Positions 8,984 through 17,746 of a DNA stretch of 64,000 nucleotides are shown here, one piece after another. Positions within the stretch are counted from its first letter, which is position 1. Every line of letters starts with the position of its first letter. Under the pieces are notes generated by a model that saw only the letters and a program-made list of their open reading frames with translations, ran no database searches and was not told the DNA's origin. The position numbers and the translations under genes were made by a program. Source of the DNA: an uncultured virus (IMG/VR IMGVR_UViG_3300042391_000264) (taxonomy: Duplodnaviria; Heunggongvirae; Uroviricota; Caudoviricetes); IMG/VR virus record IMGVR_UViG_3300042391_000264. One strand, written 5' to 3'.

Positions 8984-9567
8984 TGGCTAAGAAACTTTCC
9001 CGCATTGAGAAGATACGTCGTTTTTTTACAAAGAACCCTAAGATGTCAGTGGCCCAAGTGGCTGCGGAGTTTGGTGTCAGGTACCAAGTTGCGTACATGG
9101 CCAAGCGAAGCATGGACAAGGCGCAGAAAGACAAAGATAAAGTGTCCGCGTTAATTGCTGCGTCGAATGCATCTGTTGCAGACAAGGCGACAGAAAACCA
9201 GAACCCAAATGGCATGAGCGCTGAGGATAGAGCAGAGATGCTGCGCCAAGCTGCTGCGCGACCCCGCCACCGCATGCAAGGGGCACCAACCGAGGGCATT
9301 GATGCAACGCTGGCAGAGCGGGGTACAAAATATGGCAAGTTCATAGACCAAGCCGCCGTGACTTACAAACTCAAGAATGTGCTGCGTGAGCACTCTGGCG
9401 TACACAGTAAGTCGTACTCGTACGACCAAGCCGAGGCGCTGGACATGATCTGCGTCAAGCTAGGCCGTATCGTGAACGGTGACGCTGACTACGCTGATAG
9501 CTGGGTTGACATTGCGGGCTATGCCAAGCTGGTCTCCGACAGACTCCAGACAGGCAAAACAGTTTAA
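8983..9567 (+). CDS. N-terminal HTH-like + C-terminal DUF6378-like helical domain
   Basis: MSVAQVAAEFGVRYQVAY; ERGTKYG...MICVKLGRIVNGD...DSWVDIAGYA. Confidence 0.7.
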   Translation: MAKKLSRIEKIRRFFTKNPKMSVAQVAAEFGVRYQVAYMAKRSMDKAQKDKDKVSALIAASNASVADKATENQNPNGMSAEDRAEMLRQAAARPRHRMQGAPTEGIDATLAERGTKYGKFIDQAAVTYKLKNVLREHSGVHSKSYSYDQAEALDMICVKLGRIVNGDADYADSWVDIAGYAKLVSDRLQTGKTV

Positions 9568-9607
9568 GTTTCAGGGGGCTAGCACCCCCCTCAACCAAGG
9601 ACACAAC

Positions 9608-9817
9608 ATGGGTAAGATAAAAATTCAACTGGTCGAAGACGAAGAAGAAACCCCTACCGTGTTCGAGCGGTTTTGGGACAACCTAATGGTGTTTGTTAAG
9701 TGTGTGGGGGTGTTTGCCGCCATCTGCTTTGCGATTGGCTACTTCAGCAACACCGAGGCACAGACCAAACAATGCGAACCCACCAAGACTGTTTTAACAA
9801 GCAGTATTTTTAAATGA
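9608..9817 (+). CDS. Small membrane protein
   Basis: AAGGA RBS; hydrophobic LMVFVKCVGVFAAICFAIGYF. Confidence 0.65.
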   Translation: MGKIKIQLVEDEEETPTVFERFWDNLMVFVKCVGVFAAICFAIGYFSNTEAQTKQCEPTKTVLTSSIFK

Positions 9818-10029
9818 ACCAAGAACTAATGAATATGGTTCAACAGGCTGTCAATAGCATTCCTGACCACGTTGATTTTGAGATACCCAATGCGTTTGCA
9901 GAAGCCTTTGCAGTTTTAGTAGCAGCAACCGAGCGTGAGGCGTGTGCGAAGGAGTGTGAAGAATGGGGCGGCTTTAAAGATGGATATAGCTGTGCAACAA
10001 TAATCAGAGCAAGAGGAGAAACGAAATGA
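9814..10029 (+). CDS. Hypothetical protein, 'EREACAK' family
   Basis: Paralogous to 638..874; coupled ORF. Confidence 0.75.
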   Translation: MNQELMNMVQQAVNSIPDHVDFEIPNAFAEAFAVLVAATEREACAKECEEWGGFKDGYSCATIIRARGETK

Positions 10030-10238
10030 ACCACTTAAAACAATCATGGCAGTGGCTAGTCAACCACTGGGTGATGCCGACCCCTGCGGAACTCATCGCC
10101 GAAGAACTGATACAAGCGCAGCGCACCAAACTGCGCCATCAATCGAGCATGGAGTACCACACCGCCATCGTTGCCTACAACGTGGCACGGATTAAACGCC
10201 TTGAGGGGTTAACCGCAAAGCAGGAGGTGGCGGAATGA
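10026..10238 (+). CDS. Hypothetical protein
   Basis: GAGGAG RBS; ATGA coupling. Confidence 0.75.
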   Translation: MNHLKQSWQWLVNHWVMPTPAELIAEELIQAQRTKLRHQSSMEYHTAIVAYNVARIKRLEGLTAKQEVAE

Positions 10239-10711
10239 AAGAAGCATTGAAACTTGCGCTTGAGGCGTTGGAAGATTTTGCAGACGTTATCAAGTACGAC
10301 AATGAGCAAGATGACATTGGGAGCAAAGCTTGTTGCGGTGTGCTTTCTTACCATCCGCACTCTGAAAGCTGCAAAGCCAAACAAGCCATCACCGCCATCA
10401 AAGCAGCCTTGGCACAGCCAGCACAGCAGGAGCATGATGTAGACGCAACCATCATTCAATACCACGAAGCCACAATCAAAAGGTTGGAAAAACGTATTGA
10501 AGAATTGGCGCAGCCAGTACAAGAGCCTTGGTGCATGAAGATGAACGGCTGCAAAACCAAGTGTGAAGACTGCCCCGATGAGCCAGCACAACGCCCTTGG
10601 GTTGGGCTGACGGAGGCGCAATTCTTGGAGGCTGTACGGCTTGCTGAGAATGGTAATTATTTAGTTGCATTTGTTCGCATTCAAGAATGGCTAAAGGAAC
10701 AGAACACATGA
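10235..10711 (+). CDS. Hypothetical modular protein (LAQP...EP / RPWVGLT type)
   Basis: GGAGGT RBS; repeated LAQP and PAQ motifs. Confidence 0.75.
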   Translation: MKEALKLALEALEDFADVIKYDNEQDDIGSKACCGVLSYHPHSESCKAKQAITAIKAALAQPAQQEHDVDATIIQYHEATIKRLEKRIEELAQPVQEPWCMKMNGCKTKCEDCPDEPAQRPWVGLTEAQFLEAVRLAENGNYLVAFVRIQEWLKEQNT

Positions 10712-10884
10712 TAGTCCGCAAGGTCAGAGGTCAAAACAAAATTAGCAAAGTACTAATGCTCCAATCTGAAATAGCCATAGTTAGAAAGTTGGGCATACCC
10801 GTTGAACTGTATATTAAAGAACACCTTGCCCGTATCGCTAAGGAACGTAGGTGGAAATGGTATTTTATTAAGGAAAACAAATGA
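10708..10884 (+). CDS. Hypothetical protein
   Basis: AAGGA RBS; ATGA coupling. Confidence 0.65.
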   Translation: MIVRKVRGQNKISKVLMLQSEIAIVRKLGIPVELYIKEHLARIAKERRWKWYFIKENK

Positions 10885-11156
10885 GCGTATCTAAGCACCC
10901 ACTGATACGTAGATTGCTACATCAGTACCACGATGGACTTACCTCTATTGAGATATCTGAGCGACTCGAACTGAAACCTGACACTGTGCGTAATGCCTTG
11001 AAGGATATGCCTGATACATACATTGACAGATGGCATATAGTATCCAGCGAACCGCCGCATGCCGTATGGTGTGCAGTTGTACCGCCTGATGATTGTCCTA
11101 GACCAAAAACGAAAGTTTTAATTATGAAGGAGAAAAGAAATGCCATACGTAAATAA
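10881..11156 (+). CDS. Winged HTH-like protein
   Basis: DGLTSIEISERLELKPDTVRNALK. Confidence 0.7.
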   Translation: MSVSKHPLIRRLLHQYHDGLTSIEISERLELKPDTVRNALKDMPDTYIDRWHIVSSEPPHAVWCAVVPPDDCPRPKTKVLIMKEKRNAIRK

Positions 11157-11394
11157 ACCACGCCCATACAAAAAAGAATACCAGCAACAGCTTGACCGTG
11201 GGGATATACCCAACAAGCTGGAGCGCCAGAAGGCGCGGCGTAAGCTGGACGCTAAAGGTGTAGACCGAGCGGGCAAGGATGTCGCACACGTTAAAGCTCT
11301 TAGTAAGGGCGGCAGCAATGCTGACGGTGTACGGCTTGAGTCACCATCCAAGAACCGCTCGTTTAAACGCAACTCAGATGGGTCGATGAAGTAA
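11140..11394 (+). CDS. Small HNH-like protein
   Basis: KDVAHVKALSKGGSN...NR motif. Confidence 0.75.
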   Translation: MPYVNKPRPYKKEYQQQLDRGDIPNKLERQKARRKLDAKGVDRAGKDVAHVKALSKGGSNADGVRLESPSKNRSFKRNSDGSMK

Positions 11395-12962
11395 TGCAAG
11401 TCCTAGCAGGTCGTACGCTGGTTATTAAAACCAAGTTCCCCGCTCGCATCACCGAGACTATCCCTGAGAGCAAGATAGTCAACAACTATGGGGATGGTCG
11501 GTACGAGGTGTCTGTGAACTGGGGTTTTAAGGAAGCCTTGACGCTGAGCAAGCTTAATGTCAAGAACGTTCCGTCACCTATCATCCGCGACTACAAGTGG
11601 CCGCGACCTATGGCGCTCACTCCGTTTGAGCATCAGAAGGAGACCTCGTCTTTCCTAACCCTGCGTAAGCGGGCGTTCTGTTTCAACGAACAGGGCACGG
11701 GTAAGACTGCGTCAGTTATCTGGGCGGCAGACTACTTGATGAACATCGGCGCTATCAAGCGTGTTCTGATTGTGTGCCCGTTGTCAATCATGCAGTCAGC
11801 ATGGCAGCAGGACTTGTTCAAGTTCGCAGTGCACCGCACCGTAGACGTAGCGTACGGTTCCGCTGATAAGCGTAACAAGATCGCTAGTAGCGCGGCAGAG
11901 TTTGTGGTCATCAACTACGACGGCATCCCAGCTATCGCAGCGTCCATGATTGACAAGAACATGTTCGACCTTGTGGTGATTGACGAAGCTAATGCCTACA
12001 AGAACGTGCAGACACAGCGTTGGAAGTTAATGCGTAAGCTCGTGCGTGACGACTCGTGGCTATGGCTGCTGACTGGCACACCCGCCGCTCAGTCGCCGCT
12101 CGACGCCTACGGGCTTGGCAAGCTGTGCGTACCGTCGCGGGCACCGCGCTTCTATGGCGACTACCGCGAATCTGTTATGCAGCAGTTCGGCATGTATCGC
12201 TGGGAGCCACGCCCCGAAGCTGAGAAGATTGTGTTTGAGATGTTGCAGCCAGCGATTCGGTTTACCAAGGCTGAGTGCTTGGACTTACCGTCCGTAACGC
12301 ACGTCACACGCATGGCCCCCTTGTCAGCTGATCAGCGCAAGTATTACAAGGAGCTCAAAGACCAACTGCTGTTGGAGAGCAACGGCGAGGAGGTTAGCGC
12401 GGTGAACGCAGCTGCCAAGATGAGCAAGCTGCTTCAAATTTCTGGCGGTGCGGTGTACGCTGACACTGGCACTGTGGTTCACTTCGATGTGTCGTCACGG
12501 CTGAAGGTGGTGGAAGAAGTCATTGACGAGGCCAGCCACAAGGTGATTGTGTTTGTGCCGTTCCGTCATACGATTGAAATGCTGCACAACCATCTGACCA
12601 AGGCGGGCATCACGAACGAAGTCATTCATGGCGACGTGTCTGTACGTAATCGCACGGAGATTTTTAAGAAGTTTCAAGAGCAGCCAAACCCGCGAGTGCT
12701 TGTAGTGCAGCCGTCCGCTGCGGCCCACGGGGTTACCCTAACAGCCGCCAACGTGATTATCTGGTACTCTCCTGTTACGTCTACGGAGACGTACTTGCAA
12801 GCTAACGCTCGTATTGACCGCCCCGGTCAACGCAACCCAATGACGATTGTGCATATCCAAGGCAGTCCAGTTGAGAACCGTTTATACAGTATGCTGCAAG
12901 GCAACATCAACAACCATGAAAAGTTGATTGATCTTTACAAAAAAGAGTTGGTAGAGACTTGA
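11394..12962 (+). CDS. SNF2-family helicase
   Basis: GTGKT, VVIDEA, LTGTP, HGVTL and QANARIDRPGQ motifs. Confidence 0.93.
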   Translation: MQVLAGRTLVIKTKFPARITETIPESKIVNNYGDGRYEVSVNWGFKEALTLSKLNVKNVPSPIIRDYKWPRPMALTPFEHQKETSSFLTLRKRAFCFNEQGTGKTASVIWAADYLMNIGAIKRVLIVCPLSIMQSAWQQDLFKFAVHRTVDVAYGSADKRNKIASSAAEFVVINYDGIPAIAASMIDKNMFDLVVIDEANAYKNVQTQRWKLMRKLVRDDSWLWLLTGTPAAQSPLDAYGLGKLCVPSRAPRFYGDYRESVMQQFGMYRWEPRPEAEKIVFEMLQPAIRFTKAECLDLPSVTHVTRMAPLSADQRKYYKELKDQLLLESNGEEVSAVNAAAKMSKLLQISGGAVYADTGTVVHFDVSSRLKVVEEVIDEASHKVIVFVPFRHTIEMLHNHLTKAGITNEVIHGDVSVRNRTEIFKKFQEQPNPRVLVVQPSAAAHGVTLTAANVIIWYSPVTSTETYLQANARIDRPGQRNPMTIVHIQGSPVENRLYSMLQGNINNHEKLIDLYKKELVET

Positions 12963-12986
12963 CAAAGTCCAAAATACCGCTACAAT
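12959..12986 (+). promoter_or_regulatory. Sigma70-like promoter
   Basis: TTGACA-16 nt-TACAAT; spacer shares AGTCCAA with the 5694 promoter. Confidence 0.7.
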
Positions 12987-13013
12987 AAGAATCCTCTCAA
13001 CCAAGGAGATGCA

Positions 13014-13412
13014 ATGAATGATATGGACGAACTGTCGGTGCAGTACATTAAGCTGCGCCAAAAACGTGAGATTCTCAAAGAGCGGTTTACCGCTGAAGAC
13101 GGAGAATTTGAGAAAGCTATGGCGGAGATCGAGGCGCAGTTGCTCGATACGCTTAACGCTTCAAACAGCAACAGCATGAGCACCAATTCAGCGGTGGTCA
13201 TTCGCACTGTTCGCAAACGCTACATGCCATCCAACTGGCCCGCAGTCTATGAGCTTATCAAGAAGCACGATGCTTATGGTTTGCTCGAGAAGCGTGTCCA
13301 CAACGGAAACATGAAAGACTTTTTAGAAGAGCATCCCGACGAGTATCCTGCCGGGATGAATGTTGATAGTAGATATGCGGTGACGGTACGCCGCAAAAAC
13401 CAAGGAGAATGA
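13014..13412 (+). CDS. Conserved replication-module protein (coiled-coil N-terminus)
   Basis: AAGGAG RBS; YIKLR...LLEKRV...PAG.N pattern. Confidence 0.8.
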   Translation: MNDMDELSVQYIKLRQKREILKERFTAEDGEFEKAMAEIEAQLLDTLNASNSNSMSTNSAVVIRTVRKRYMPSNWPAVYELIKKHDAYGLLEKRVHNGNMKDFLEEHPDEYPAGMNVDSRYAVTVRRKNQGE

Positions 13413-13413
13413 A

Positions 13414-14310
13414 ATGGCAAATATTCAAACGTTTAAGGGCAACATGCCCACCCACTTGCAGAACGTAAAGCTTGATAACTTTACCCAAGCATTCACTGCG
13501 TCTGGTAGCAGCAACAAGCGCATCTCCCTGCGCGGCAAAGTCTTCCGGTTGGTTGACGGCGGCAAGGAGATTGCTAAGAACACTGACCCGCATCTTGATG
13601 TGGTGATTGTGAATGGTTCTGTTACCGTGCAGAAAACTTTTCATGCTGGTGTGTACAGCCCAGAAGAAACCGCGCCGCCTGATTGCTGGTCTAGTGATGG
13701 CGAGCGCCCTGACGCCGAAGTCGAAGACCCGCAACATAGCAGTTGCAAGGAGTGCCCGAAAGCTATCAAAGGTTCGGCGGGCGGCAACAAGACCCTGTGC
13801 AGGTTCTCTCAGCGAGTTGCTGTCGTGTTGGCCAACAACCCATCTGGCGACATCTTCCAGCTGGTAATTCCCGCAATGTCTTTGTTCGGTTCTGGTGACA
13901 TGGAGCACATGCCTTTCCTGCAATACGCCCGTTATGTTGGTAGCTCAGGGTTTAACTTGAACATGCTGACTACGCGACTGACGTTTGACTCTGATGCTGA
14001 TGTGCCCAAGCTGTTCTTCAGCAATGTGGAGTTCCTTGACTCTGACACCTACGACACGATCGTTGAGCAGGGTGAAGCACCAGCCGCAGTTGCAGCAGGT
14101 AAGCTCAACTTCAAGAAGCGCGACACCGCTGCGGTTGCTGCGCCCTCAATGCCACGACTTGTAGCTCCGGCTGGTTCAGCCGCTGCGAAGATCAAAGCTG
14201 CTGAAACCGATGAGCCAGCGCCAGAACCTGCTGCTAAGGCTAAGGCTGCGCCAGCGGCTAAGAAGGACTCCGGCCTGAGCACTCTGGTTGATGAATGGGG
14301 CGACGACTAA
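13414..14310 (+). CDS. Putative single-stranded DNA-binding/annealing protein
   Basis: Lies between helicase and primase; PDCWS, C..CP, Ala/Pro linker and acidic-aromatic tail (DEWGDD). Confidence 0.6.
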   Translation: MANIQTFKGNMPTHLQNVKLDNFTQAFTASGSSNKRISLRGKVFRLVDGGKEIAKNTDPHLDVVIVNGSVTVQKTFHAGVYSPEETAPPDCWSSDGERPDAEVEDPQHSSCKECPKAIKGSAGGNKTLCRFSQRVAVVLANNPSGDIFQLVIPAMSLFGSGDMEHMPFLQYARYVGSSGFNLNMLTTRLTFDSDADVPKLFFSNVEFLDSDTYDTIVEQGEAPAAVAAGKLNFKKRDTAAVAAPSMPRLVAPAGSAAAKIKAAETDEPAPEPAAKAKAAPAAKKDSGLSTLVDEWGDD

Positions 14311-14534
14311 TGATCGGCTATTCATTACGGCTTGTTCACGGGAACCGCAAAGCCTCTAAAAAGAGGTTTGGTGTACGCTTTGGACGGCACTGCATTGACT
14401 CCAACATCTCTGTAATAGAGGTCGTAGATAAGTTGGGCGTCAGTAGGCAGTCAGTTTACAACTGGTTCCTTGGCAAGCATGAGCCAAACCCAGCACAGGC
14501 CACAAAGATCAGCCAGCTGTTCTCTGTTTTGTAA
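14310..14534 (+). CDS. Cro/XRE-like HTH protein
   Basis: ISVIEVVDKLGVSRQSVYNWFLG. Confidence 0.8.
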   Translation: MIGYSLRLVHGNRKASKKRFGVRFGRHCIDSNISVIEVVDKLGVSRQSVYNWFLGKHEPNPAQATKISQLFSVL

Positions 14535-14623
14535 CGGTTTGGGGGTGACTAGCTCGACGGAGCGAACGGGGTATCCGTCAGCCCCCGTCACCCCCCATTT
14601 AATTGACGTGCTATTGGATGGTT

Positions 14624-17476
14624 ATGGCAGACATCTCCCTATTGCGAAGCGTAGTACCCCAGACAGATGGTTGGTACTGCGTCCTTGGGCTGGGCAAATC
14701 AAAATCCCAACTCTTTTTTAAGACTCTGGACGAAGTACAAGAACACGCGGAGTCTTTGGTTGCAAGGGGCTGCGATGCTTTCTTTGCACTGGGTAAGTTC
14801 AAGACGGACGAAGACCGCACTGCACTTAACTGTGGTGAGATGCAAGCGTTCTTTTTGGACATCGACTGCGGCGAATCAAAAGTTATCCCTGACGCGGCAG
14901 GTCGCGTTAACGGGTACATTGACCAGCCAGCAGGAATGGCGGCGCTTAAGCAGCTGTGCAAAACACTGAGCCTACCCAAGCCGACCATCGTCAACTCTGG
15001 CCGTGGCTGGCATGTCTATTGGCCGCTGACCGAGCCGGTTGATAGAGAGAAGTGGCTTGATGCCGCCGTTACATTCAAGTCCGTTTGCTTGAGCAGCGGC
15101 TTTCACATAGACCAGAATGTCCCCGCTGATGCTGCACGAGTGTTACGTATTCCGGGCACCAAGAATTTTAAAGACGAGCCAGCGCACGAGGTGGTCCTCC
15201 TGCATACGGCTGAACCTATAAGCTACGACGAGTTTGTTTCGCACCTTGGCCCACTGGTTCCTAGAAAGCCTACCTTTGTGCCGCGCCCACTCGACAGCTT
15301 CACCAAAGCCCTCATGGGTAACAAGCAGTCACGGTTCAAGACCATTGTCGAGAAGACCGTCAAAGGTACTGGCTGCGAGCAGCTGAAGCTCATTATCACC
15401 AATCAAGCTGTGGCTGAAGAACCTCTCTGGCGGGCGGGACTATCCATTGCTCAGCACTGCGTTGACCGAGAGAAGGCCATCCACTTCATCTCCAACAAGC
15501 ACCCCAAGTACGATTTTGGTGACACCGAGCGTAAGGCCGCAACAATCAAAGGGCCGTACACCTGCGAGACGTTTGACAACTTTGCGCCGGGGGTCTGCGA
15601 CAACTGCCCGCATAACGGCAAGATCAAATCACCCATAGTGCTTGGTCACGAGATTGCGAGGTCAGCGCCGGGGGAGGTCATCGAGCAGGCTAGTTTTGAG
15701 GTAGCAGAGCCTGCTCTTGTAGTACCAACGCTACCGTATGGTTACTTTCGCGGCAAGAACGGCGGTATCTACAAGACAACCAAGGAGGGTGACAAGGACG
15801 AAAACGGCGAAGATATAGACGAAGACAACAAGGTGCTGACTGTATACGAGTACGACCTGTTCTTGATGAAACGGCTATACGACCCATCTCATGGTGAGAC
15901 TGTTTTGATTCGGCTGGCCCTGCCACGCGACGACGTCAAAGAGTTTGCGCTGACACTGGTAGACGCACTAAGCAAGGAGGAGCTCCGCAAGGTTCTGTCC
16001 TTCCACGGCGTGATAGCCCTTCCTAACCAGATGTTTTTAATTTTGGCCTACTTGGTTGCGTGTGCCAAGGGCATGCAGGTTACACAGGAGTTAGAGATGA
16101 TGCGAGTGCAATTTGGTTGGGCCGATGGTGACAGTCGGTTTATTGTTGGGGACAAAGAAGTTGGCCCGAGTTTTGTTCGATACAGCCCGCCGTCCAAGGC
16201 TACCCGCGAGGTGGCTTCTGCGATGCACCCGATAGGTACGTTGGACGAGTGGAAAGAGATTATTAACGTGTACAACAAGCCCGGCTTTGAGCCGCATGCG
16301 TTCGCGGTGTTCTCTGCGTTTGGTGCGCCGCTGCTTAAGTTTACTGGTGTCAAGGGCGGCATTATCAACCTGATCAACAACAGGTCAGGTACTGGCAAGT
16401 CCACAATCCTGCAAGTCATGAACAGCGTTTGGGGCCACCCCGATGAGTTGATGCTCCAATGGCGCGACACGCTCAACGTGAAGCTGCACCGTATGGCCGT
16501 GATGAACAACTTAGCGCTGGGTGTGGATGAGATCACCAAGATGAGCGGTGACGATTTCTCTGATCTGGCCTACAGCGTTACCCAAGGCGCACCACGCCGC
16601 CGCATGAAAGCCTCGGTCAACGAGGAGCGCGAGTCTCAAGGATTTTGGGCCACCATGATGGTCTGCACTTCCAACGCCAGCATGACCGATAAGCTGGAGG
16701 CCATGAAGTCCACCTCTGAGGGCGAGCTCATGCGGCTGATGCAGTACAAGATTGAGCCAACCAACAACCTCGATAAGAACGAGGCCAAGCGTATTTTTGG
16801 CAGGTTGCAGAGCAACTATGGCCATGCGGGTTTACCCTATGCTCAGTTTATGGTGAACAATTTGGAAGAGATCATTGACCAGACTCTGAAGGTGCAGAAC
16901 AGGTTTGACAGCGCCGTGAAGATCGAGAGCCGCGAGCGGTTCTGGTCAGCTATGGTTGGGGCAAACATCTTTGGTGGTGTGGTAGCGCACAGACTGGGGC
17001 TGCACAACATCGACTGCAAGCGGGTCTTTGACTGGGCTGTGGAGGAGGTCAAGGTAATGCAGGGCACCGTGCGCTTGACCTTTGACGACTACGCCACCGT
17101 CTTGGGTGAGTTTATGCTCAAGCACAACACCAACATTTTGGTGGTCAACAAGCACAGCACGAGCCGCAACAACATTGCAGCTGCCCCCATTTTGCTGCCG
17201 CGTGGCCCACTTGTTATCCGGTACGAGCCCGATACCAAGCGTATGTTCATCATCCGGCAAGAACTCAAGCAGTACTGCGTTGAGAAGCAGGTTACCTTCA
17301 CCGAACTGCTCGCCGCACTCAACAATACAGGTGCGTTTATTGGCGAGGTTCGCGCCAAGCTGGATGTGGGCACGGAGATCAATGCGCCGCCAGTCGTTGC
17401 ACTTGAGTTTGACGCGGACTTGTTGGGTATCAGCGCCCCCACCCCACCCGCGCCTACTCCGCGCAATGTTCGTTGA
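14624..17476 (+). CDS. Primase-helicase (RepB-like primase, Cys-rich domain, DUF927-like/P-loop domain)
   Basis: FLDID, NSGRGWHVYW, RVLRIPGT, CDNC, Walker A SGTGKST, Walker B VDE. Confidence 0.9.
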   Translation: MADISLLRSVVPQTDGWYCVLGLGKSKSQLFFKTLDEVQEHAESLVARGCDAFFALGKFKTDEDRTALNCGEMQAFFLDIDCGESKVIPDAAGRVNGYIDQPAGMAALKQLCKTLSLPKPTIVNSGRGWHVYWPLTEPVDREKWLDAAVTFKSVCLSSGFHIDQNVPADAARVLRIPGTKNFKDEPAHEVVLLHTAEPISYDEFVSHLGPLVPRKPTFVPRPLDSFTKALMGNKQSRFKTIVEKTVKGTGCEQLKLIITNQAVAEEPLWRAGLSIAQHCVDREKAIHFISNKHPKYDFGDTERKAATIKGPYTCETFDNFAPGVCDNCPHNGKIKSPIVLGHEIARSAPGEVIEQASFEVAEPALVVPTLPYGYFRGKNGGIYKTTKEGDKDENGEDIDEDNKVLTVYEYDLFLMKRLYDPSHGETVLIRLALPRDDVKEFALTLVDALSKEELRKVLSFHGVIALPNQMFLILAYLVACAKGMQVTQELEMMRVQFGWADGDSRFIVGDKEVGPSFVRYSPPSKATREVASAMHPIGTLDEWKEIINVYNKPGFEPHAFAVFSAFGAPLLKFTGVKGGIINLINNRSGTGKSTILQVMNSVWGHPDELMLQWRDTLNVKLHRMAVMNNLALGVDEITKMSGDDFSDLAYSVTQGAPRRRMKASVNEERESQGFWATMMVCTSNASMTDKLEAMKSTSEGELMRLMQYKIEPTNNLDKNEAKRIFGRLQSNYGHAGLPYAQFMVNNLEEIIDQTLKVQNRFDSAVKIESRERFWSAMVGANIFGGVVAHRLGLHNIDCKRVFDWAVEEVKVMQGTVRLTFDDYATVLGEFMLKHNTNILVVNKHSTSRNNIAAAPILLPRGPLVIRYEPDTKRMFIIRQELKQYCVEKQVTFTELLAALNNTGAFIGEVRAKLDVGTEINAPPVVALEFDADLLGISAPTPPAPTPRNVR

Positions 17477-17696
17477 CGGGGTCTACTATTCGGTCAACTG
17501 GATGGAATTCACTGTGGGGAGTTCCTTCTTTATCCCATGCTTGCGTGATGCTGTAGCACGGGAATACTTAGAACGGAAAATGGCTCGGCTTGGGTACGCC
17601 GTTGCCATAAAAGTTGTAATCGAGGACGGGATACGGGGTTTGCGCGTTTGGCGGATTCGGAAGTACAATCCAGACACAGCTTCGCAGTTGCTGTAA
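17466..17696 (+). CDS. Small conserved protein
   Basis: ATG 17466; W..F.VGSSFFIPC...GLRVWR. Confidence 0.7.
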   Translation: MFVDGVYYSVNWMEFTVGSSFFIPCLRDAVAREYLERKMARLGYAVAIKVVIEDGIRGLRVWRIRKYNPDTASQLL

Positions 17697-17715
17697 CTCT
17701 CCTTGGTTGGAATTT

Positions 17716-17746
17716 AAGCCCCGCCCTAAAAAGCGGGGCTTCTTTT
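17716..17746. terminator. Terminator between the convergent genome arms
   Basis: AAGCCCCGC-8 nt-GCGGGGCTT followed by a T-run. Confidence 0.8.
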
